Part shown: positions 48,024-56,314 of the stretch, piece by piece
Numbering within the stretch: position 1 is the first letter of the stretch
Layout: every line of letters starts with the position of its first letter
Origin: an uncultured Verrucomicrobiae bacterium
GTDB taxonomy: Bacteria; Verrucomicrobiota; Verrucomicrobiia; Chthoniobacterales; UBA10450
Assembly (NCBI GenBank): GCA_963735805.1
Contig: CAVTMK010000004.1
Span: 640,001-704,000, forward strand
DNA: 64,000 bases
Direction: 5' to 3'
Translations under genes and position numbers: made by a program
The notes under the pieces: generated by a model
What the model saw: the letters and a program-made list of their open reading frames with translations, nothing else
What the model was told of the DNA's origin: nothing
Database searches by the model: none

Positions 48024-49067
48024 GTGGGAAAATCGACTAAATGGCTGAACCGTTTCGCTTGGTTTCTTTGCGTGGCCGCACTGCTCCTCATTTGCAGCGG
48101 CGGAATGGTCACAAGCAAGAACGTCGGGCTTGCGGTGCCGGATTGGCCGACCACGTTCGGCTACAACATGTTTCTATTCCCCGTCTCAAAATGGGTCGGC
48201 GGAATTCTTTTCGAACATACGCATCGGCTGATCGCTTCAGCGGTTGGATTCCTCACGATTATCCTGGCGATTTGGCTTTGGCGCAGTGAAAATCGACCAT
48301 GGGTGCGCAATCTTGGCCTGATCGCGCTCGCCGGCGTGATCCTGCAGGGAATTCTCGGTGGCCTTCGTGTTACGATGCTGAAGGATGAAATCGGCATCTT
48401 TCACGCTTGTGTGGCCCAAGCTTTTCTGGCGCTGCTTGTTTTGATCGCAATTGTAACGACGAGCTTTTGGAGGTCTCTTCAGGAGATCGGTATCAATCCG
48501 AAGAAATTCGTACCGATTCGAGTAGTGGCCATCGCGATTACGCTGGCGATTTACGCCCAGCTCACGCTGGGAGCGACAATGCGTCATCAACATCGTGATC
48601 TGTCGATTCTCGATTTTCCCACCGCAAATGGCGCATGGATTCCCGATACAAGCGCGACAGCACTGGCAAAGATCAACGCCTGGCGCGATGCGCACGGTTT
48701 GTCGGACGTGGATGCTTTCCAAATCTGGTTGCAGATGGCGCATCGTTTCGTTGCAGTGCTCATTGCAATCGCCGTAATCGGATTTTGTTCGCGCGTTTGG
48801 AAAGACGCGCGTGAGGTTTCCGTGCTCAAGAAATTATCGATGTGGTGGGTCGTGTTTCTTTTCGTTCAACTGACGTTGGGCGCCTGGACGATCTGGAGCA
48901 ATAAGGCCGCCGATATAGCGACTGCGCATGTCGCGGTGGGCGCGGTCATGCTATCTTTTGGCGTGAGCATCTCGGCCATTTGTTGGCGACTTGTGGCGGT
49001 GTCGCGACACGGCGCGCCCGGCGGGTCCGAGCCGGACAGGCATAGCGCCCTACCAATTCCGGCATGA
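48024..49067 (+). CDS. ctaA: Heme A synthase (COX15/CtaA)
   Basis: GLAVPDWP, FEHTHR, QGILGGLRV, MAHR, TAHVA; start assigned to GTG 48024 (uncertain). Confidence 0.88.
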   Translation: MGKSTKWLNRFAWFLCVAALLLICSGGMVTSKNVGLAVPDWPTTFGYNMFLFPVSKWVGGILFEHTHRLIASAVGFLTIILAIWLWRSENRPWVRNLGLIALAGVILQGILGGLRVTMLKDEIGIFHACVAQAFLALLVLIAIVTTSFWRSLQEIGINPKKFVPIRVVAIAITLAIYAQLTLGATMRHQHRDLSILDFPTANGAWIPDTSATALAKINAWRDAHGLSDVDAFQIWLQMAHRFVAVLIAIAVIGFCSRVWKDAREVSVLKKLSMWWVVFLFVQLTLGAWTIWSNKAADIATAHVAVGAVMLSFGVSISAICWRLVAVSRHGAPGGSEPDRHSALPIPA

Positions 49068-49969
49068 AAACCGCTGCCGTCGAAGTCGAAGATATAAAAC
49101 ATGCGTTCGCGCGGAAGAGGGTCATTTCTGATCTCTTCGAGCTGGTCAAAGCGCGATTGACGTCACTTGTTTTACTGACTACCGCAGTCGGTTTTTATCT
49201 CGGATCGGAATCGCCGGTCGATTATGCGGCATTATTTCGGGTGGTGTTTGGAACAGCGGCCGCGGCTGCGGGAGCAGCTGCGCTCAATCAGTGGTGGGAA
49301 CGCAAGGCGGATGCTCTGATGCACCGCACCAGGATGCGCCCGGTGCCGGCAGGTCGAATGCGACCAGCCGAAGCACTTGCGCTTGGCGTGGTCTTTTCTT
49401 TCTTTGGTGTCGGCTATCTCGCGTTGGTTTGTAACACGTTGAGCGCGATCCTCTCTGCGATCACGATCGCGATTTACATCTTCGGTTACACGCCGCTGAA
49501 GCGTGCCAGTACGGCGAACACGATTGTTGGTGCGATCCCCGGTGCGATCCCGCCGGTCATTGGTTGGGCAGCGGCCCGGGGAGCAATCGACGCTGGAGCG
49601 TGGAGCCTCTTCGCGATTCTTCTGCTATGGCAACTGCCGCATTTCTTCGCTATTGCCTGGATGTATCGAGAAGATTATTCGCGGGCCGGGTTCCGCATGA
49701 TCTCGAGTGACGATCTCACCGGCGAGCGCAGCGCCAGTCAAAGTGTGTTTTTTTGCATCCTTCTCCTGATATTGGGAGCCCTGCCCGCATATACTGGAGT
49801 CGTCACGTTCGCCTATCTCCCAATCGAGCTGGCGCTTGGCGGAATGTTTATTGCGGTTGCCATGCGGTTTCTAAAACTACGGACCTCGGCAGCTGCACGG
49901 GCATTATTCATTACGTCGATTGTTTATCTTCCGCTGCTGCTGGCTGCGCTAGTTGTAACAAAATCATGA
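49064..49969 (+). CDS. ctaB: Protoheme IX farnesyltransferase (heme O synthase)
   Basis: LVKAR, DALMHRT..RP, YTPLKR, WQLPHF, YREDY. Confidence 0.95.
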   Translation: MKTAAVEVEDIKHAFARKRVISDLFELVKARLTSLVLLTTAVGFYLGSESPVDYAALFRVVFGTAAAAAGAAALNQWWERKADALMHRTRMRPVPAGRMRPAEALALGVVFSFFGVGYLALVCNTLSAILSAITIAIYIFGYTPLKRASTANTIVGAIPGAIPPVIGWAAARGAIDAGAWSLFAILLLWQLPHFFAIAWMYREDYSRAGFRMISSDDLTGERSASQSVFFCILLLILGALPAYTGVVTFAYLPIELALGGMFIAVAMRFLKLRTSAAARALFITSIVYLPLLLAALVVTKS

Positions 49970-50029
49970 ACACAGCGATGCATCTGGTGTCGAACCATTT
50001 TGCGAAGTCTTTGGGGAGATGAGCTTGGG

Positions 50030-50683
50030 ATGAATACAGATGCCGCAACAGCGCACGTGGTGCCGTCGCGTGGTAGCTTTGCATGGAAGCTGACCCTGGT
50101 TCTCATTCCGATCGTCACGCTTGGTATTTTGCTGTGGCTGCGTCAGATCGAAGTGAACGCACTCAAACAACGGACCGTTTCCTCGTACGGCAATGTACCA
50201 GCTTTTCAGTTGATCAATCAAAACGGACAGCCATTTGGCTCCGCGCAGTTGTCTGGGAAAATTTGGATAGCCGATTTCGTTTACACCACCTGTCCTGGGC
50301 CTTGCCCAATGATCAGCAGTCGGATGAGCGAACTGCAAAAGCCATTGGAAAAGACCGATGTGCATCTGGTCTCGTTTAGTGTCGATCCTGAGAAAGACAC
50401 CGCGCAGGTGTTGCGTGGTTACGCTGAGAAATTGCAGGCAGATGCTGCGCGCTGGGATTTCCTCACAGGACCTAAAAGTGCCATTTACAAGCTCTCACAC
50501 GATGGTTTCAAGCTGGCCGTTTCGGACGGCAGTAACGAACAGGGTATCCCGGTTCATAGCACGCGGATGGTGCTGGTGGATCGACACGGTGAGATCCGCG
50601 GTTACTACGAGGCAACCGAGGCAGACGCGATAACGAAGTTGCTGGCGGACACCAATCATCTGCTGCGCGAACAACCGCAATAA
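50030..50683 (+). CDS. SCO1/SenC copper chaperone
   Basis: N-terminal TM; FVYTTCPGPCP (CxxxC), SVDPE.D, HSTRMVLVD. Confidence 0.92.
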   Translation: MNTDAATAHVVPSRGSFAWKLTLVLIPIVTLGILLWLRQIEVNALKQRTVSSYGNVPAFQLINQNGQPFGSAQLSGKIWIADFVYTTCPGPCPMISSRMSELQKPLEKTDVHLVSFSVDPEKDTAQVLRGYAEKLQADAARWDFLTGPKSAIYKLSHDGFKLAVSDGSNEQGIPVHSTRMVLVDRHGEIRGYYEATEADAITKLLADTNHLLREQPQ

Positions 50684-50684
50684 T

Positions 50685-50756
50685 TGTAACCGCGGTCGCG
50701 GTGTCGAGGCGCTGTATTACGTTGTCCGAGCACGGCGACGCAGCGCCGTGGCTACA
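50685..50756. repeat. GTAG-type REP doublet between convergent genes
   Basis: TGTAACCGCGG ... GCACGGCGACGCAGCGCCGTGGCTACA. Confidence 0.7.
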
Positions 50757-50775
50757 AGTCATTCGAATCCTGGTA

Positions 50776-51669
50776 TCACCCAACCGGCTCAGGTCCAGCG
50801 GTTGGTCCTTCGTCGCAGACCATACGTAGATAATCTCGATACTCGCCTTTCGGCAGTCGATCGATCGTAGCAGCGAGTTGAGATTCTGTAATGAATCCTG
50901 TGCGAAGCGCCACTTCCTCCAGACACGCGATCTTGAGTCCCTGGCGGTGTTCGATCGTCGCTATGTAATTGCTCGCTTCGAGCAATGCCGTTGTGGTTCC
51001 AGTATCGAGCCAGGCCATACCGCGGCTGAGTAATTTTACGTGGAGCTGGTTTTCCTTGAGGTAGAGCAAATTCAAATCGGTAATCTCCAATTCGCCTCGC
51101 GCAGATGGACGCAATTTCCGACATAGCTCGACGACGCGCTCGTCATAAACATAAAGCCCCGGCACCGCAAAGTGACTCTTGGGTCGCTTCGGTTTTTCCT
51201 CCAGGCTGATCGCCTTTCCATCAGCGCCGAACTCGACTACTCCGTACCGCTCCGGATCGCGCACTTGATATCCAAAAATGCAGGCGCCACGCTCGATGGC
51301 GAGTGCGTCCCGGTAAAAGTCGAGTTTCCCATAAAAGATGTTGTCACCCAGAATCAATGATGCGCCGGAGCCCGCGATGAATTTTGCGCCGATCAGGAAA
51401 GCCTGAGCGATTCCCTCGGGCTTTGGCTGCTCTGCGTATTCGATCCGAATGCCAAGATGGGCGCCGTCGTACAGATATTCGCGCAGCATCGGCAAATCCT
51501 TCGGTGTGGAAATGATCAATACTTCGCGCAGGCCACCAAGCATCAGTGTAGCCAGCGGATAACAAATCATTGGCTTGTCGTAGATCGGCAGAAGTTGCTT
51601 GCAAACGATCTTCGTAAGCGGGAAAAGGCGCGTCCCCGCGCCGCCAGCGAGCAGAATGGCTTTTTTCAT
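50776..51669 (-). CDS. rfbA: Glucose-1-phosphate thymidylyltransferase
   Basis: LAGGAGTRLFP, KQLLPIYDKPMI, LGDNIF, PERYGV, EEKP, RGELEITD, WLDTGT; start at ATG 51669. Confidence 0.95.
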   Translation of the reverse strand: MKKAILLAGGAGTRLFPLTKIVCKQLLPIYDKPMICYPLATLMLGGLREVLIISTPKDLPMLREYLYDGAHLGIRIEYAEQPKPEGIAQAFLIGAKFIAGSGASLILGDNIFYGKLDFYRDALAIERGACIFGYQVRDPERYGVVEFGADGKAISLEEKPKRPKSHFAVPGLYVYDERVVELCRKLRPSARGELEITDLNLLYLKENQLHVKLLSRGMAWLDTGTTTALLEASNYIATIEHRQGLKIACLEEVALRTGFITESQLAATIDRLPKGEYRDYLRMVCDEGPTAGPEPVG

Positions 51670-53627
51670 TTTTGATTTTCGATTTTTGATTTTCGATCGC
51701 TGCGGCTCCAGCGCATCAGTAATTCCGCCCATTCCTGCCAGAAACGCGTCCCAGCAGTCAAATCGATCCCGCTTTTTTGACTGACTCTGCCAAGCGCCTG
51801 CTGCGGAGCCGAACGGAACGTTGTCTTATCAACAAGAAATGATTCGCCGCGGGCCAATTGGCGATCTCTCAAACGACCACCTACACACTCTGACAAGGCG
51901 TTTTGGGTCCACTCACGCGGTAACGCCGGTCGTGCCTCAATGGTGGCGCTCACAGTAACATTGAGAAGTTCTTTTAAGATGAGCGCGCAGACGAGCGCTC
52001 CGGAACTCGTCGCGTGAACATGCGACACGTTTTTTTCGCGAAGCAGCGTGGCCAACACAAGAGCAAAACGCGCCTGTCGCAAAAAGATGGCACCTGGCGC
52101 TCTGATGCTCTGCTGCGCCCGTTCTTCCTCCAGCTTTTGCGCGAGCGCGTGGTTTGCCCGCCATTCGGCCTCTACGACCATCGGGTCTGGCAGAAATTCC
52201 AGCGACGGCGCCATTTTTTCCATCGCTCGCGTGAACTGCGCATGAGAATTCAATTCGCAGACGATTGGGACGATCGGCACGTTGCGACGCTTCATCTCTT
52301 CAAGCTCGCGTTCGAGCAGTGGGAAATTTTTATCCGGCCACCGATCGATGATATACGCGATCTGATGACCTTGTGTAGCCGCTTCCTTGTGCGAAACCAA
52401 CCCAGGGTACCGCTTGCGCGCAATCGCCTGCGCCTTCTCAAAAAGCTCGATAAGGGGCGCGACGGTGTGTTCGATTCGGAAATGTTGTTCGATACGCTCG
52501 CGTCCAGCGCGCCCGTAATGCAACCGCAATTTGCCGTCCTCTATAAGTCGGCTCAACGCTTCCGCCAATGCCACCGTGTCTTCAGGAGGAACGAGCAAAC
52601 CGGTTTCACCATGGACAACGGATTCAGGAATTCCGGCCAGGCGTGTAGACACGACCGGACGCGCAGCCGCCATCGCCTCGATTATTACTGTCGGAAAAAT
52701 GTCGCTGGCCCCTTGGGCGTCCATCACCGAAGCCAACGCAAAAATATCAGCGGACCGGAGTTTCTGCAGAACCTCTCGCTGCGACAGTGAGCCGAGCAGA
52801 TGAACCCGGTCTGACAAGTTCAGCTTCCTAATTCTTGCTTCAAGGTCAGTCCGAAGCGGGCCGTCACCAATGATTTCACAGGTGAACTCAAGACCCCGGC
52901 GCGCAAGTTCTGCACAAGCGTCTATCAGGTGATCAAATCCCTTGAATGCAACCAGTCGGCCGATGCTGATGATGCGCGGGGCTGTGTTCTCTGACATTTC
53001 AAAATGCGCTGCTGGAAAACGCTGCAGATCCATTCCGTTATAGATGCGATGAATTTTTATGGCGGAATCCGGACAGCGTTCGCGAAGCAGATCGCGACTG
53101 TAGTCCGTTTCGGCCGCGACGAATTCCGCCGCGGCGAAGATTTCCCGCAACAGGTCGTCATTGCCAAGGTCTTTCATGAAATCCTGTCCATGCGCCGTGA
53201 TGCTAAATGGAATCCCTGAAATCTCTTTCAAGAACATCGCGGTGTGCGCTGCGCGATTAGCGAAGTGAACATGAACATGATCGACGCCGCGGCGCTTGAA
53301 GTGTTCGGCAAAGTAAAGGGCATTTCGTGCGCGCTGCTCTGCCTTCACACTGGAGCCGTACTTTCGCTCGTGCCGGTCAACCAGATCGCGTGGCCACTTG
53401 CTTTCTGTCTTCGCGTTCTTTTCTGAAATCTTTAGGATATCCTGCGGCGGCGCGTAATGAATCGGCGCGCGCAAACAGGCGATGTGCTCATGACGCAAGG
53501 TCGTGAGCGGGGGATAGATCGAGCCGACCTCGAGTTCCAAACCGAGTCGTTCCAGCGCCAGCATCTCCGCGTCGCAAAATGTCTGCGAAAGGACTGGATA
53601 CCGGGAGTAGAGATAGCCGAGCCGCAT
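51666..53627 (-). CDS. GT4 glycosyltransferase (WcaL-like) with an extra C-terminal copy of the N-terminal domain
   Basis: HVHVHFA, IGRLVAFKG, PTVIIEAMAAARPVVST; second domain IAYIIDRWP...HVHATS; start at ATG 53627. Confidence 0.85.
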   Translation of the reverse strand: MRLGYLYSRYPVLSQTFCDAEMLALERLGLELEVGSIYPPLTTLRHEHIACLRAPIHYAPPQDILKISEKNAKTESKWPRDLVDRHERKYGSSVKAEQRARNALYFAEHFKRRGVDHVHVHFANRAAHTAMFLKEISGIPFSITAHGQDFMKDLGNDDLLREIFAAAEFVAAETDYSRDLLRERCPDSAIKIHRIYNGMDLQRFPAAHFEMSENTAPRIISIGRLVAFKGFDHLIDACAELARRGLEFTCEIIGDGPLRTDLEARIRKLNLSDRVHLLGSLSQREVLQKLRSADIFALASVMDAQGASDIFPTVIIEAMAAARPVVSTRLAGIPESVVHGETGLLVPPEDTVALAEALSRLIEDGKLRLHYGRAGRERIEQHFRIEHTVAPLIELFEKAQAIARKRYPGLVSHKEAATQGHQIAYIIDRWPDKNFPLLERELEEMKRRNVPIVPIVCELNSHAQFTRAMEKMAPSLEFLPDPMVVEAEWRANHALAQKLEEERAQQSIRAPGAIFLRQARFALVLATLLREKNVSHVHATSSGALVCALILKELLNVTVSATIEARPALPREWTQNALSECVGGRLRDRQLARGESFLVDKTTFRSAPQQALGRVSQKSGIDLTAGTRFWQEWAELLMRWSRSDRKSKIENQK

Positions 53628-53724
53628 CGAAATCGGATGATTACGCGTTCCGCGCGAAAATAGCAATGGCAGGCGTTTTTTGTTGCTGCCTCGCTCTGTC
53701 GAGACGCTTAGCCCGTTGCCATTC

Positions 53725-53752
53725 GGCACGGCGACACAGCGCTGTGGCTACA
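53725..53752. repeat. GTAG-type REP-like element
   Basis: GGCACGGCGACACAGCGCTGTGGCTACA, nearly identical to the right arm of the 50685-50756 element. Confidence 0.72.
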
Positions 53753-53775
53753 ACAGGGAGCGTTTGGCCAACCGC

Positions 53776-54093
53776 CTACGAAAATCGGACGTCCTTGCCC
53801 GGATCCATTTCAAAGTCCAAGTCGAGGGAATCCTCTGTGTTCGGCTTGATCACTTCCTCCATGAATTTCACGAAAATGGGGTCTTCGCGGAAGATTGCGT
53901 ACTTGTCCATCGACTCAAAATCGATGGCAATAAAGAATGGCCACGGCAATTCGGGGTCGATTCGTTTTCCGCATTTGATGCTCAAGACCTCGGGAATTTT
54001 CAGAAGTTGCATGCGGGTATTCATCATCATCGCCTCGACGCGGGCAGGCGTGACCTCGGGTTTGAGTTTGTAGAGAACGACATGATGAACCAT
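53776..54093 (-). CDS. Dabb (stress-responsive A/B barrel) protein
   Basis: MVHHVVLYKLK ... IPEV ... DFES ... LDFE. Confidence 0.8.
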   Translation of the reverse strand: MVHHVVLYKLKPEVTPARVEAMMMNTRMQLLKIPEVLSIKCGKRIDPELPWPFFIAIDFESMDKYAIFREDPIFVKFMEEVIKPNTEDSLDLDFEMDPGKDVRFS

Positions 54094-54191
54094 AAGGGTA
54101 AAGCTAATAGGCGTTTCCGACGAGGCGCGCAAGTCTGAATCCGTTTGCCCGAGACAAGCAAAACCGGCGTCGTTCCCTCAGCATTCTGGAT

Positions 54192-56264
54192 TCAAGACCG
54201 ATTAATATCGATTTTGCCATTAGGAACACGGTAAATGGTCAATGCTCCGAAGCGATTCTCCCTATCTTCGAAGACCATCTTGAAATAACGCTTGTATATC
54301 GGTTCGTTTAGTTTCGCCCTCAAAAAGCCGGATCGCAGTCCGTTATCAATTGCCACGTATCTGATGCCATTCTCATTGAGTACATGAACAAGCTTGGTCG
54401 GATCTTTTTCTGTGAACATTTTTTCGTAAAGCACGTCGCGCGCACCTGTCGGATAGCCCATCGACCAGCCAAAATACGGCCAGCCATAAAAGATGCGGCG
54501 GCCGTTCAGTAGAATTGGGTTAATAACAACCCTATCGGTTAGGAACACGTCCCTGGGATTCGTGTTTGCCTCCAGCCAGTCCGACAGGCGATTTTGTCTA
54601 AATGGCACGTCAACGACCGTATCGTTGTGGATACGGAACCACTCAATCGCACCTCCAAGAGTCACAATTAGCAGTAGAACTATCGCTGCTGGTTTCCCTA
54701 CCCAATGGATTCTGGCTACTCGCCAGATCGTACAGGCGACAAATAGATTGATGAGAAGGACCCAAATGTAGAGAAACTTATGGTTATTTATGATATCAGT
54801 GGTTAACTGGGTGCTAAAGGCGAGCATTGGCAGAATCAAGAGTGCGACGAATAGCTTACGCGGAAGCGCCGTACAGAATATCACGGCAGCTAACGCTAGC
54901 AGCAGTTTCGACCCAAAGGTAAAGTAGAAATAAGATAAGACACGCGGCAGCGTTGCATTTTCTACAACAAGTCCCCAGTGGATAAGTGTGTTTCCGTGCG
55001 CGAATCCCTGCTTGCGTAGGAAAAGAAACGCGACTTGTGGAAGCGCAACAGCCCCTGCTGTAATCAAAATCGCGAGCACATAACCTCGATAGGGGAACAG
55101 GATAAACGTCGCGGCGACCACTGCAAAAGCTGTCGCAAACGCGGCGCTGTTCCATAACGGCATTAGTCCAAGCAAGAACCCGGTGAAGATAAAACTCACC
55201 AATTGTGACCGATTTGCCTGTGGCGGCCCAATTGATTTCTGGGCGCCCGACGAGAGAAGGGATTTACCAGGTGCCGTTTCAACGTCTATTGTTGTGCTTT
55301 CAATCGCAGATAATTTCGCTATTTCGCCTCCCTCACTTTCTGGTAGGCGCTTGCGCCATCGCCGTTGAAAAAAATCAACTAGAAAGGTCAAGACGACCAA
55401 CAAGGTACCAATTCCTACCACGAAGTGCCGTTGCACATAGAAAATACTCAGCGACCAGGTACCTACATTTTCTGCTTTATATGGGTAGCCTGACACGAGC
55501 CAATGGTTGAGTGTCACGATGGATCTGAGTGCCTGGGACAGGGAGTGTTGCGAGGATAGGAATGGAACGTACGAAAGCGTAGTCGGGAAAAAAAAGAGTG
55601 AAGCCGCAAGTCGCCCAACTGCTCGTGACTGAAATAACAGCTCGCCTAGTGTCATGATCAGAATCAACATCGCAAGGAGGGAAAGGACGCTTAAGAGATT
55701 CAGAGCCCAGGCCATATTAAGGCCCAGGAACTCTAAGTTCCCTGCTTGGAACCAAAAAAGGAAATGATAACGAATAGGCTCGCCGATAAAGTGGGGATAC
55801 TCCGTGGGGAAATTGTGTCCTATGGCGAAACTTTGCATTAACGATAGGTTAGGGCCAAAATCGTTCCAGACGACAAACGCCATGCGCACATGGCCATCCT
55901 TGAGCCAAAGCGTCCCGAACATCAGGTAGCAAGCGATCAAGAAAAAGCAGGCCATGAAAAGGGTGTCCCAAACTAATGAGCCTGGCGGTCGAAACTCCGA
56001 CAGTTTCGGATCGAACACAGATTGAGGTCGAAGCCAGTAGATCAACGCAGCTGCCAGCGCGAAAAATAAGATATTCGCGCCAATCAACGGTTTTAGGGAC
56101 GAGGCGAACGCAAGCGCCAATAAGTATGTCGACCATGTACTTAAAACAAGCCCAACCAGAAATGAGGCGGCGAGGTAATGGAGCAGCGAGTTGAAAGTGT
56201 ATAAACGCCGGCAAATACAAGCTCCAAGCATTAGCATCGTTGCTAGATAGAGCAGTGCTAGCAT
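54192..56264 (-). CDS. Large polytopic membrane protein, probable GT-C fold glycosyltransferase
   Basis: Many TMs, acidic loop WNDFGPNL after the N-terminal TMs, soluble C-terminal domain; visibly more AT-rich than its neighbours. Confidence 0.55.
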   Translation of the reverse strand: MLALLYLATMLMLGACICRRLYTFNSLLHYLAASFLVGLVLSTWSTYLLALAFASSLKPLIGANILFFALAAALIYWLRPQSVFDPKLSEFRPPGSLVWDTLFMACFFLIACYLMFGTLWLKDGHVRMAFVVWNDFGPNLSLMQSFAIGHNFPTEYPHFIGEPIRYHFLFWFQAGNLEFLGLNMAWALNLLSVLSLLAMLILIMTLGELLFQSRAVGRLAASLFFFPTTLSYVPFLSSQHSLSQALRSIVTLNHWLVSGYPYKAENVGTWSLSIFYVQRHFVVGIGTLLVVLTFLVDFFQRRWRKRLPESEGGEIAKLSAIESTTIDVETAPGKSLLSSGAQKSIGPPQANRSQLVSFIFTGFLLGLMPLWNSAAFATAFAVVAATFILFPYRGYVLAILITAGAVALPQVAFLFLRKQGFAHGNTLIHWGLVVENATLPRVLSYFYFTFGSKLLLALAAVIFCTALPRKLFVALLILPMLAFSTQLTTDIINNHKFLYIWVLLINLFVACTIWRVARIHWVGKPAAIVLLLIVTLGGAIEWFRIHNDTVVDVPFRQNRLSDWLEANTNPRDVFLTDRVVINPILLNGRRIFYGWPYFGWSMGYPTGARDVLYEKMFTEKDPTKLVHVLNENGIRYVAIDNGLRSGFLRAKLNEPIYKRYFKMVFEDRENRFGALTIYRVPNGKIDINRS

Positions 56265-56314
56265 TCTAATTCGGCGGAGTTAAACCTGAGTGTCTTGCCT
56301 CGATGACAGACCAG

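Noticed and set aside
24321..52790. Long antisense or alternate-frame ORFs (e.g. 24321-25064, 33104-33823, 36345-37079, 44136-44816, 52014-52790)
   Set aside because: Fully overlapped by well-supported genes, no motifs, and expected in GC-rich coding DNA.
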